NCBI RefSeq assembly: GCF_016432865.1
Contig: NC_067401.1
Location: 323,578,001 to 323,642,000 of the forward strand
Source of the DNA: Antechinus flavipes
Lineage: Eukaryota
DNA length: 64,000 bases
Direction of reading: 5' to 3'
Position 1 is the stretch's first letter. Each line of letters begins with the position of its first letter. The notes under the pieces were generated by a model that saw only the letters and a program-made list of their open reading frames with translations, did no database searches and was not told the DNA's origin. Made by a program: the position numbers and the translations under genes. This document shows positions 12,896 to 25,603 of this stretch, piece after piece.

Positions 12896-14254
12896 AATGA
12901 GATAGGACAAAGCATAAATGCAGACGGCATCAGAAGTCAAACCAATATCAATTTTTACACAAGCTTGTAGCCTATTAATTTACAAGATTATCAGAAATAT
13001 TAAAAAGAGATTGACAGCAGAATATTTTTCCCCCAACAGTTCTATGTTTAAATCTACAACAAAGACTGATTAAGGTAATTTGACATTTTAAACTTTATAC
13101 AAAGTTGATGAGAAAGTAAAGAATAATTTCCCAAAGTATATGAAACAATAAAATAAAGATTGATCAATCAAGTCAAAGCAACTGTTAGAAGTACTGAATC
13201 CTCTTTTAATTCCATCAGGAGAAACATCTGTGAAAAGATAAACCTTCCCTCCTGGCACAAATACACTCTCTTTCCTCAAAATTCTGCCAACACTTTTCAG
13301 GCTAGTGCCTTAGGGCATTTAGTGCTTGCTGAATTGAATTGTTTAAATATGCCTTTCAAAGCACTTTAGTACATTTTATTTTATAAAATGCCCTTACTTG
13401 TGCACACAATTTGTGTTCTCTACTAAACTATAAGCTCTTGGATGAGAGGAATGTATCTTTTTATTCTTTTTGCAGTTTTGCAACAATATCATACACACAT
13501 ATACATATTTAGAGAGATTAAGCTATATAGATATGAGCATTTTAACAGTTAAAAACTCCATTTTTAATAAAAATGCTAATAAATCTCTGTTAAACCTGAG
13601 AAAATGCTGCAAAAATGGTACATATGCAGGATTTTGCAAGGGCTGTTTTATAAAATTACACCAAGATCTTTCACAAAAATAATTTTTTCTCAAGTAAAAT
13701 ATTAGAACTTTTCTTAGGGTTAGAATAGTCTGAAGAGAACAAAGTGAGAAAGAAATCCAAGATGGTAGCAGAGTAGGAAATTTCAAGTATTGCTAAGCCA
13801 AAGTACCCTTCTCTGTTCAGCACTACCCAATTAGTACTGTTTCCTCTATTAGAATATAAAGTTATTGAGTTCCAGTACTATCCTTGCTTTTGTATTTGTA
13901 ACAACTGTATTTACCCCAGTGTTGGCATATATTTAAAAAATGCATTTTCATTCATCTATCCATCTACTCATTCATTCATTCATTACAAGGAAAAGCCCTA
14001 AAAAAAAAAAAAATCACATCAGAGAAGCACTGTGAAAATTTGATTAATCTGTTAGAAAGGGAAGGTCTAAGCCTGAAGATAATAAAAAGGGAAGAATTCA
14101 GGGTAACTATAAATGAAATACTAAAGATCTTTGAATTTTCAAGTATGTCAATGATATATTTATATATGTGTGAATATTTATCTGCCAAATGACAACAAAG
14201 AAAAATGGCTTGTTAAGTACAAGGATTTTGTATGGAAGGTAAGGTTTATATGGA

Positions 14255-14500
14255 AGGAAGAAAGGGAGGAGGAGAGGGGAGGGAAGAAAGAAAGGAAGGA
14301 AAGAAGAGAAGGAGGGAAGAAAGAGCAAAGGAGGGAAGGAGCAAGAGAAGGGGGTGAAAACAGAAGAATTTAAAATTAAGGGTAAAAGTAAAAGTAAAAA
14401 AAAATAAAGGGTAAAAAGGTAAAATACTATAAAAGGTAAAGTAAAAATTAACAGTGAAAAGTAAAGTAAAAAGCATCACTATAAAAAGTAAAAGTTACAC
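14255..14500 (+). repeat. Polypurine (GA-rich) tract followed by degenerate (GTAAAA)n
   Basis: About 100 bp of almost only G/A (14255-14355), then repeated GTAAAA/GGTAAA units (14380-14500). Confidence 0.85.
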
Positions 14501-15067
14501 TGGGTATGTTATAATTACAAATATATATGAATTTTTTTTCATTTGCCAAAAGGTTTACTTATTTATTTGTGAAGGATCAAATAGGACCAATCCAAGTTTT
14601 GGTAAATCAGTGACAATGATTACTAATCTAAGTGTATAAACCCTTTGAAAGAGGGCTTAGACCCAAGTACAAATATCCAAGTTCCCACCAAAACTTGGAT
14701 TAAACAGAATAAAACATTAAGATAATACTGTTGAGACATTTTAGGTTTTGAGAACTTAAAATTCTGAAAAACCTATAAGGCTTTTTAAAAAGGCACTGAA
14801 ACTAGCATCCACTATTTTGTGATTTGTATAATCAAGTTAGAGGTAATGAATTTAACAGGTTTAAAGTGTCCTAAATGATTCTGTCAACTTCAGCAAGGCC
14901 TGCCTTTGATGAGAGAACTAAGTGTATATATATATGTGTGTGTGTGTGTGTGTATATATATATCATATAAGTATATGATATCATATATCATATATATATA
15001 TATTTTTAAATGTCTTATCATATTTTTTTAAAAGTACTTATAAATGAAAAAAAAAAAGTCCATAAAG

Positions 15068-15282
15068 TAAGAGCTATTGACCTGGGATCCACAGACCTTC
15101 AAAGGGCTCTATGGATAGATTTCAGGGGATCAGACAAAATTACATCTTCATTTTAATAATTGGTTTCCTTTGTAATCATATGTGTTTTATTTTATGTTTA
15201 AAAAATTAATTCTGAGAGTGGTCCATGGGCTTCCCCAGACTGCCAAAGGCTTCTATTACACAAAAGAAGTTAGGAACCCCTC
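15068..15282. mobile_element. hAT/Charlie-type non-autonomous DNA transposon
   Basis: Degenerate terminal inverted repeats resembling CAGGGGTTCTTAACC...GGTTAAGAACCCCTG. Same family as 27612-27802 in the opposite orientation. Confidence 0.65.
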
Positions 15283-15479
15283 TCTTAGAACATAGAATAT
15301 CTGGATTTGTCCTGTTGTGTATTTCAAGTATTTAACGCTAACAGATCTTTTCTTCCAAAACTGAATTTACTGGAGAGAAATTATCCAGGACTATTATCAC
15401 CATATCATTCAATAAGTAAGCAAGCCAAAAAAAAAAAAAAAAAAAAAAAAAAAAGATTTACTGATGTCATACATCTTAC

Positions 15480-15632
15480 CTCTCAGCACTGATTTTAAGT
15501 TCAGTTTGGCTTGTCGATGCAAGTCTTCCACACAGGGTGGCCTCGTGGTAGGTAAGAAGACATTTTCCTGCTGGTGCCATGGTGCTGTGTAATGAACCGT
15601 CCATCTACTCTCTTCATCTAAATTGGAGACAG
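15480..15632 (-). CDS. NHSL1: NHSL1 (NHS-like 1) common coding exon 2, 153 nt, phase 1/1
   Basis: The minus strand reads ...tttctctttacag|CTGTCTCCAATTTAGATGAA...TCAGTGCTGAGAG|gtaagatg, with canonical AG/GT ends and a polypyrimidine tract. It translates as (x)[50 protein letters not shown](E). I recognise this as the NHS-family block following the N-terminal WAVE-homology region, NHSL1 paralog (NHS has [21 protein letters not shown]). It is too short and lacks an ATG, so it is absent from the ORF track. Confidence 0.96.
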
Positions 15633-17779
15633 CTGTAAAGAGAAAAATACAATGTTGAGCGAAACAATGCCTATTCCATGACAGCTACATCAATATGGGG
15701 AAAGATAGCATGAATTAGGAAAATAGCAAGATAATTATGGAGGAGCAAATTTTGACATTTAATCTTATACTGCAGTATTATTAGTATATTAACAGGTTGC
15801 AAAGGAAGAAACTTCAGTGTTACCTATCATCCATTACACTAATGACATAATTATACTTTTCAGTTGATTTTCCCCCCAGAATTCAATATTCCTTTTCCAT
15901 GAAAAAATTACAATATGGCTGATCAAACAGGTAAAACATACTTGTACTCATCACCTAGTCTAATACTTATGCTAGAGCATTTCATGATCATTTTATTATA
16001 AAGTTTTTGATATCCATGTAGAAAAACAAACACCAAGTAAGGTTCGAAAAAAAAGTAGTGTTTCTTTCCAAAACAATGCTTAAAAACATTGTAATTATAA
16101 AAATTGTCACAATTTGTTTGAACAAAATAATATTTAATAGCCTTATAAAGAGTACTCCTGAAATATTTTTTGAAAGAAATCATTAATCGAATTCTTTATT
16201 TCCATGAGTTTTGGTTATTTGCAAAGATCACAAGTGAACACTAGGCAATTTATTATATGAAATTTCAGTGGTTACCTAATCTAACATATACTTCACTTCT
16301 GAAGCCCCTTAGAACATTCTGACAAATGGTTCTTGGGTTCAACAGGGAAGTATTTTAATCTTTTCACATTTTTACTGCCAAGGTTTCCTTCAGTCAGGTC
16401 TTTTAGCCTCTCTCCATAAAACCTAAATTGAGATGGGAGGCAACAAGAGGTTGAGTACAACAAATGTCCAACTAGCAAGTCCTTATCCATGAATGACCTG
16501 ACAGGAATAGGAGGGGGACACACTGAGGGGTCATAAGGAAAGGATACTAATATAAAATGAAGTCTCTGTTTTGGAGAAACTCAGTTGGAAAATGATTTTA
16601 ATTGAAGTGAAAGAATAGCAGAAACAGAACTGTGCAGTCCAAGAAGCTGAGTCCAATCCTCTCTGATTATGTAGTACTAAATATAGTTTTTACAGGTCTA
16701 ACTTTTGCAACTTTAGTAGATCATAAAGCAGACTGAACAAGTGTAAATTGTTGGCAGAAAACCAAAATGAACAGGCCAATGAGTCAAGAAGAGAATTATA
16801 AGTGTTGATTATATTTCAATATTTCAAGGGGCCATGATTTCCTCAGTGTAGGTACTCTCTCCACTGATGCAGAATGGAACTTTTTATGAATCCTTTGACT
16901 GAAAAATTCATCATTTTCTGTTGGTGAGCCATTTGGAATTTAGCTCACATTTCTATATCTCCTTAAGTTTTAAAAATTATTCAAGGAGTTTAGTAATCGA
17001 GGCAAAATTTGAATCCTACTTTTCAGACAATTCAATTAGTAAGCACTGCTTCCAGGCAAAGCACAGTGCTGGATGCCCAGGGGATATCAAGGCAAAAAAG
17101 AAATAACCCATAACCTCAAGAGATTTGTATAATAAAAAGAAGGTAATTTTTGAGGAGGCAAAAAACACATAAAAAGATAAGGAGAAAGATTAAAAAAAAA
17201 TGGCATCAGAAATGAGGAGGGATTTAGTACCAAGTATGGTAATGGTCAGTGGCTCTGACACTGGAGATGAAAAGACAAGTTGGGAGCATAGTTAGTATTG
17301 GACACTCACACTCAAGAGCCAAGGCTCTTTACTTTATACCACACAGCTGCCTCTTTGCTACTGAATACTAATTCAGTAATCTGAAGTCCATTTTTTCTAT
17401 TATGCCATAAACCTTCCATCCTGGTCTTAATCCATTAACCACACTACAAGTGTTAATTAAATACTGTTATGTGCCAAAGGCTAGGGATATAAAGAAAAAA
17501 GTAAACTGTCCTTGCCCTAAAGAAACTAAAGTTCTAAAGGAATGGGGAGAAAAGAAAATATGAATGAATGAATGGATGAATGAACAAATACCCACACAAT
17601 ATAAACAGGTATCACATATAAAGATATATGTGTGTACCTTCCCTTCCCTATAAAGCCATCTATAGAAAAATTTAACCTTTGTGTTAAATGTTTATATAGG
17701 ATCAAATATCTGGAAGGGACTTTGAATTATGTGGTTCAAATCCTTCATTTTACAGATTATTTATGTGTCAAGCTCTGGG

Positions 17780-17844
17780 AATGAGAGATAGAAAAGAGAA
17801 AAGAGGGAGGGAAGGAGAGAGGAAGATAGGGAGGGAAGGAAGGG

Positions 17845-17890
<46 letters not shown>
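17780..17890 (+). repeat. GA-rich tract plus (TG)~22 microsatellite
   Basis: Seen directly. Confidence 0.9.
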
Positions 17891-17892
<2 letters not shown>

Positions 17893-19433
17893 TCCTACCC
17901 TCAGGAAGATTAGAATACTGTAGGCCTAGAAAGATTAAGTGATTTGGTCAGTCACTTGGATAACAGAAATGAACTTGAACTCAGTGCTCTGACTCCAAAA
18001 TTAGCCCTTTTAAAGTTATCTTTGGCTGCCTTCTTTTTCCTTCTTACTGACCTAATCCTTTGTTGATCAGGTTATATACTGACATCAATAAATGTGTCTA
18101 AGACTAATCAGAATTCTGATTTTTTTTATCGAAGCACTTAATTTAGTGCCACAGATCCCGATCCTACCTCCAAATTACAGGATGTTTGCAAAATGATTTG
18201 TAAATTTCAAATTTTTAAATCTTAACTCTGCTTTCATTATTATTGTTACTGATACTACACCTAAAGGCTATTGGTGATAATGTTACTAAAAACCAATGAG
18301 TTCATTGTAACAAATTATTTGATTTCCCCAGTAAGAAAATGTTGAATGATGCAGAAGTAAGAAAATGTTGAATGATGCAGAGTATTTATTTGTTATAGCC
18401 AATCATTTCAGATTTCTAACTCTTTATATTCTATATTACTACAAAAAGAAAAAAAGGAAAACATTTATCAGTTGGCTCACAATGAAGATTCAGTTGTCTC
18501 ACTACCTAGAACCTTACTATCAGTAAGGTTCCCCTTTCAGTATAGATTCTGCTCAAGTAGAACAGTTGAGTAAACATTTGGAGGTGGGGGGGGGAGGTGG
18601 GGGGAAGGGGAATACCATCTTCAGATGTTATTTTTTTGTTGCTACTAAAATAATACATAGACTTGAATTAAACAGCATAAACAATTGACACCACGAAAGA
18701 AGAAACAACCAAAGTAAAAGAAAACATTCTAAATGCTTAGTTCTTTTTTTCCAAATAAATAAAAAAGTTCCTGGATGGAAATTTTTCCTTTAGTGACATT
18801 TCAACAAAACTGTACTGCTCTGGTTCTCAACTTTAAAATGATGCCTCTTCAATTTAGACAGAATTTGGTAGGTAGCAGGATTCTTCTGTATTTAAACAAG
18901 TACACAGCTGGGACCTTCCTCAGGAAACTTTACAGGATTATCCCCACCTTAAACATGGAACAAATCGTTCAAAGACTTCCTTACTACCCTGCCATTTAAA
19001 ATATATACACACACAATCTATTAGTGGAAGATAACACAAAGCAAACAAATACATTTCTTTTCTTCTTTCAATGGCTTTATAGAGGAACAAAGAAAGTCGC
19101 ACAATTTTGACTCCCATTTTAAAAATGGAAAGCTAAAAACAAAAATGTTCTCCTTGTATTAAATAATAAAAAGGCTGAACTATAATAAAGGCTTATTTGC
19201 AAATAACATATAGTTAAATAGCACTCCTACAAACATCATTTCATTGATTCTTTCAAAACCCAGTCTGTATAGAGAGCGAGTTAACCTTATGGTAATTATA
19301 CATTTCCACCATTTCTTTTCATTCCATCACTCAAAGAGTGAGAAAGTAAATAAGAAACATAGTAGGGGGTATGAGTGGGTTGGGGTGTCTAAAGAAAGGA
19401 ATCGGAAGAAAGAAAGACAAAAGAACTACTTAC

Positions 19434-19491
19434 TTTTCTTCTTAAAAAGTTTAATTAAAGACTTGATCTTTGCGTTAATGAATATGACCAT
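19434..19491 (-). CDS. NHSL1: NHSL1 alternative first coding exon, 58 nt (MVIFINAKIKSLIKLFKKK + first base of T)
   Basis: The ATG is in a strong context (ggaaATGg), followed by 19 open codons plus 1 nt and a perfect donor A|gtaagt. The phase-1 end joins exon 2 to give ...KKKT-VSNLDEE. It matches my recollection of the human short isoform N-terminus MVVFINAKIKSLIKLFKKKT. The intron to exon 2 is 15633-19433 (3801 nt). Confidence 0.92.
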
Positions 19492-20400
19492 TTCCAAGGT
19501 GCTTATATGAAGTTCTGTAGTAGCTTATGTCTCTTAAGAAGTCAGATGCAGCAGAGGACACCAAGTCAAGATTCAGTCTAAAATGCCTCAACTTCTGTTC
19601 CTAACTTTCCTCCCCTCCTGTATCCACGAATGTAGGCATCTGCCAGGGCAATGTAACTTGGAGGCTGGGCTGACTATCCCGGTGGTTACAAACCATTAAC
19701 AATCCTTGAACCTGAAAAGCTTATTCTGAAACCTAATCCTCAAGACTGAGAGCAGCCAGTTACAACATGTGGGGGGAAAACCAAGAAGCCAATCACTATT
19801 CTTATTTGCATGAAATCCACATCAAATTTTCTGCCTCAGGGCTCATTCATTCAGTTTTCTCTCCAACAAATCAATAGGGGCTTCTCCCCTTTCTAGTCCA
19901 TAGAGCTGTGCAGATTTCACTCTATTAAAAAAAAAGGCAAAAACAAATGCATTTTCCATTTTCCCCTAGGCCATTGGTAGCTTCCAGGTCCTTTGTAGCA
20001 CAGTCCACAGGTCTGTAAGCAATCACATGTTGATTCTTTGTCCCTCTCCTGCTAAGTCAGACTACATAGAACTGACTTCCAACCCCAACTTGCAGCTATT
20101 ATTTCCCCAACTCTGCTTCCCTCTACCCCACCCCCATCTCCAACATAGGAACCATTTACAGGCAGTAAAGATTTTACAATAGAATCTCCATGGAGCTGCA
20201 AATGATGACTCTACTGCATTCTCCTGCAAATTAGAATGCCCTTGTTTTCTCATCCTTTTTTTGCTCAGTCTCAGCCAAAGATCCTGTAGCAGCATCTTAA
20301 CAGCTCTGCCAAAGTGTGATTCTCATTTGCATGTACCTTCTACCATCCTAGAAAGTTCCAGCTCCTCCCTTAACCAAGAAATTCAATTGCTTGCAAGCCA
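19492..20400 (-). promoter_or_regulatory. NHSL1: 5' UTR and proximal non-CpG-island promoter of the NHSL1 alternative first exon (TSS not locatable)
   Basis: This stretch has no recognisable repeats and higher GC, and lies directly upstream of the ATG. It has a CCAAT at 19789-19793 and octamers ATTTGCAT at 19804-19811 and 20325-20332. There is no CpG island. Boundaries are approximate. Confidence 0.55.
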
Positions 20401-22264
20401 ATTAATTTAATCTTTAGACTTAATTACCTAAATTAGTCCTTTCCTAAAGTAATGTGTAATACAAACCATGTTTTTTCAGGAGTGAAGGGTTCTAGTAATT
20501 AAAAGATCAAAAGATTTACAACTGGAAAGGCCTTTAGACATTATCTAATCCAAATCTCTCCTTTTAAAGATGAAAAAACAAATTCTGAGTGTAGAGACAT
20601 CTCATCTAAGATCACATAAATAGTAAAGAACAAATCCAACATTCATATTCTAGTTCTCGGATTCAAATCCAATGTTCTTTTGACCAATCACATTTCTTCC
20701 CCATTAAGAAACACTGAGAATCTTTTAGTGCATAATTATTATACAATAGTTGATTGTTATCCTTCCTGCTTGAAGAGGACCAATAAGACATCACTATGTT
20801 GGGGTAAATGTACAGTGTGTCTGACTGTATCTGATCTGATCAATGTAAGCTCAGAAGGTCTTACCACAGGTGAAAAATAAATAGTTCATATGAACATTTA
20901 GAGAAGAGATATCTCTAAATTTTCACATCTCAAATGTTTTTTGAGCTATTGAAATTCTGATTTCAAAGTATTCTTATATTGCTTCTTCTGATGTGAGCAT
21001 TTGCTTGTGTGAGTTCTCTTTAAAATAGTCTTTTAGGCAAACATATATATTATGCTTGATGGTATATATACGCTACCATTCAAAGAGAGACAGAAATGGG
21101 AATTCATGAAAAATAGAGGTACTATGAGAGGAAGTAAAACAATGAGCAAATGAGCATGAACCAGAGAATAATATTCTAAAGTAAAGTAAATAGAAAGAAA
21201 GGTGAGGAAAAGAAAAGTAAATCAATCTGGGTATACTGTGAAGAATATTAATGCAGTATAAAGAAAGCTGGTGTTGAACTCATAATACCTAGTGTAAAGT
21301 CTAAGCCTTTGATACTAGCTATAAGACCCTAAGAAAGTTCCTGATTTCCTTGAAATTCCAAATAAAATCACACATTCTACTGGAAGCCTTCTCTCTTTTA
21401 AAAATTTTATATTTATCCTATATATAGTTTGCTTTGTATATATTTGCTTACAAATTGTCCTCCCCATTAGATTGTAAGGTCATGTAGACAGAGACTATCC
21501 TTTGTCTCTTTTGTATCCCTAGCTCTTAGTACAATGACTAGCACATAGTAGGTGCTTAATAAATATTTGTTGATTGATTAATATCCCTGTACAAACACTG
21601 GTCTGACATTTGACTAGAAAAGATGAAGGACCTCTAAAATTATGGTTTTTTCCTATTTCCAAGAGAAGTTTTTGAAATAAAACTCAGTGAAAGCCTTAAT
21701 TTATATTGGTATAAATCAGGCTCAGAGCTGCATGGAAAAAAATGTAATAAGCCACTAATTCAAAACATTTCATTTATATTAAAAAGTCCCATTACTGAAA
21801 GACTGAAACTTTGTCTTTCCTTCAAGGCAAGATTTGGAATGCGCTGTCCATTCCCTCTTTCCTCAAATAGAAAACAAAAAGAAAAAAGCCCAACAACATA
21901 TTTTTCCCTTTAGTTTTTTTTTTAAGATAAAAGAGAAAATCATAGCCCTACACAGCTTCTGACCTCATGTTCTATTGGCCTATATAAACACTGCTTTATT
22001 TAGAAGTAACTGCATTTGCTAAAAGGCAAGGTAGAAATGTTGAAAATTTTGTCAAGTTACCTGAATGAAAATTGTCATCATGTCATAGATGAAATTTAGA
22101 ACTTGAAGGAAATCTTAGTCCTTATCTAGTTCAACCCCATCAATCTACAAATGAAGAAAACCCAGGGCAGAGAAGTTAAAAGACTTGCCTAACTTGGCTC
22201 TTTTTAACAATGGGGTGATTTGGACCAGTATCAGTGAATTTGTGATAGGCAGAGCTATCTGCAT

Positions 22265-22560
22265 CCAGAGACTGTATTATGGGGACTGAATGTGGATCAC
22301 AACATAGTATTTTCATCTTTTTTGTTGTTGTTTGCTTGCTTGTTTTTAAATTCTCGTTTTTTTCCCCTTTTGATTTGATTTTTCTTGGGTCCACACATGA
22401 TAAATGTGGAGGTATATTTGGAAGAATTGTGCATGTTTAGCCTATATTGGATTGCTTGCTGTCTAGGGGAGAGAGGGAAGAAGAAAAGTTTGGAGCAAGG
22501 GGTTCTGTGGGGATGAATGTTGAAAACTATCTTTGCATGTATTTTGAAAAATAAAAAAGT
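22265..22560 (+). mobile_element. Older LINE-1 3' UTR fragment within a MIR-like element
   Basis: Resembles a marsupial L1 3' UTR (..CCTATATTGGATTGCTTGCTGTCTAGGGGAG..GAATGTTGAAAACTATCTTTGCATGTATTTTGAAAAATAAAA). Confidence 0.75.
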
Positions 22561-25500
22561 CGATTATTATAAAAAATAAATAAGAGACTTGCCTAAGATG
22601 ACAAAGAGAATAAGTAGCAATAAATGGAATTTTAATTGAGGTCTGTAGACTCCAAATCTGTAGAACACCTTCAGATATCATCAGACTCCATTTCAAAAGA
22701 GGAAAGTCCAGTACTATACAGAAGCATTCTAATCCATAGCACACTGATTTTGTGATAAACTTAATCCATACAGAAATTTAGTAGAAAAGATCAAATGTTT
22801 TTTCTAGAAAACAAACTCTGAATTTTGGGGAGAAGAGGGAAGAACATATTTTCAATATAACTCATTCCTCAACCATTTATAAATCTTTTGATATAAACAA
22901 CAAATACCTTTCAAGTTACCTTGCAAAGCAAAATTCTGTAAAATGAACCCACTTTCCAAACGGTTTTCATTTATTTATAAAGGGATTTCCTAAAGTTGTG
23001 AAAGTGAAAAGCTAGGACTGGAGGAAAGGATCCCTTTCCACAGAGCTCAATCAAGTAAATAAACTTCCTTGAAAATGTTGTCCTACGAACAATGGGTCAT
23101 TTCTATTATATAAAGGGTCACTGTGACAGGAATAAAATCCCCAAATAGTAAGCTAGTGAAGACATTCAGTCAACAAGCAATTATTAACTACTTACTATAT
23201 ACTAAGCAATGGAAATACAAATCCATGCAAAATGAAAGATAATTCCTGTCCTCAAGCAGTTTATTGCATTCCAATGGAGGGAGGGAGCTACAAAGTTTGT
23301 GATAATACTCAAACAGGGCATGGTGAATGAAAGAAAGAATAAAGTTTAAATTACTGTTAAATCCAAGATTGGACAACAGAGACAATAATCATCACTCCAC
23401 TTATCAGTGGTAAAATGAGTGAATAAAATTAAATGACCTGTATGGCCTTTTTTCCAATACTAAATCTTGAGTTTATGGTGCTGTGATCAAGTCTTCAACT
23501 TGAAATTCCATATACGAAATTGCACCTGCTTTAACAACACACATCCCAGAATTGGGAAGATCAGAATAAATCCAGCTCCACTCCCAAAATGGCAAGCAAA
23601 TGTGTGACCTGTAGGCAGTTCAGATAACATGGAGATCTTTGTTCCCTACCATGTGGGTGGGAAGTAGCTTCTTTTGATTGACTTCTTGGGAGCCTACAGC
23701 TTTTTTCCCCCTAGCTATACTCTTCTTTTCAGCAACTTTCATCTGTTAAGCCCTGCACTAACATCATGAATTCTTTTACCCTAGTTCCAAAGACTGAGTG
23801 TGAGGTTGGATGTTTCTGTTCTGTGTTGTTAGTGTTTAGTTTCAGGTACCAAAGGTGATCTCCATGGGACTAAGAGATTAAGCCACAGTAACCCTGGAAC
23901 CAGGATTACAGATGATTTGGTGCACTAAGTCATTGAATAAAAAGCAGGATACCTGGGACGCAAGCCTGAGGAAGGTTTTGATCTTGAAATGTAGACTATG
24001 TTCTATGGGAAATAAGTAAAGCTATGAAACTAATCTCCCCACTCACTTAAGTTGTGGGGAATAGAGCAAAGAACAGGAAAACTATGACTCTAACATATTG
24101 GGGGAATAAGTATATATTTGTGATTATACTTTCTGAAATAAACACTTCTGTGTAAAATTTAATTTGGCTGATTAAGCCACTAATTAAATGGGTAATAAAA
24201 CTGGAGAGTATGGTATCTATATTCTCTACAATTGAAGGAACATATTCGATAGGAACTAGAGGTGATGCTAGAGAGAACCTTCCAGATTCCCCTAACGGGT
24301 ACCAGAGAACCCTAACAGGGGGTTGTTGTGGTATTGGTGAAAAATGGCCTTCAGGCAGTAAAAGTAAAAGTAATTTTTATAACTTTCTCAATGGTATAGT
24401 CCTTGTTATATCCTCCCCCCTCCCCCCCACCATCCCACCATCGATAGAAATTAGGGTCCTTGAGGACAGAGTCTGTATTTATTTTTTTCTTCACATATTT
24501 AATGACTTGCACGTAGTAATTGCCTAATGAATTTTCTTTAAATTTGGTATTGAATTGAGTTCTGTTATCTCATGGAAGGCCGATAGTAGGAAAAATCTAC
24601 TGGAAGTTTTGAACTAAATATTTCTTTCCATTTTTTCCCTCTAAATCTCACTCATATTACTGCTTGAGAATGTAAGATCCACTAAGAAGTGATTTTCATT
24701 TTTCAAATAGGTTTTTAAAAAACGACATTCATTTTATTTTGACATCTTATCTTTCAAAATTTCTAAATTCACACTTTAAACAGTTTGATGATTTGTTTAA
24801 TGTCCTTTCTAAATCATCTTTATTTGTTTCAATGCATCATGGGGTAAAGGCGGAAATAACACTAAACCAAGCATCACTAAGTTTGTTTTATGGGTCCAGC
24901 AATGTCATGCTTAACTATATCACTTAGGAAAAGTTATATAAATTCTCTGAGTCTCTGTTTCTTTGAAGAATGGGGATGCATTTCTATTAAAAGGGAATAA
25001 CTTGTTACTAACACAGTTATTGGGGCATCAATGAAATAATCAAGTAAAACCCCTTTAAAGTCCTTATTTATATGTAACATATAATTTTGTCAACAATATT
25101 CTGTTTTGAACACTCTATCCTGAGTAAATAAGGGCAGACAGGAGAAGAAATATTCTCAGATAATAAGTGACATGTATATACTACTTTAGTATTTTTTTTA
25201 AATTAAGGTACAAATTTTCAAAAAGCAATTCATGTTGCTTTAAATATCAAATATTTCTCTTAGGAAATTTGACATCATAATTATGATCTCTTTGAAATAA
25301 GAGCTGCCATATCTATCATTCTTTAGAATCTGTAAAATGTTATACGTACATTATCTCAGTATAGCTTCAAAACAACCCTTTGAAGTAAGTACTACTGGTA
25401 TTATGATTCCCATTTCCTATGTAGGGAAACTGAGGCTTGGGAAGGTTAACTGTCCATGGTGACAAAGCTAGTGAATGTTAAAAGCAGAATTCAAACCCAG

Positions 25501-25580
25501 GTCTATATGATTCTATGCCCAGCATCCATTAAATTATGCTAACATTTTGTATTTGACTTCATAAAATCCATGGCTTTATA

Positions 25581-25603
25581 CATACACACACACACACACA
25601 CAC

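Larger units (their letters stand above)
1..15479 (-). other. NHSL1: NHSL1 intron downstream of exon 2 (continues past the window start)
   Basis: Donor at 15479. A visual scan found no match to the expected next exon (ECDKLR..DGY.SSQYYSQ) in 1-15479. Confidence 0.75.

Noticed and set aside
20062-20295. Minus ORF MLLQDLWLRLSKKRMRK... upstream of the alternative first exon
   Set aside because: It has no convincing splice donor and no recognisable homology, and reads into a stop; it is probably promoter sequence.
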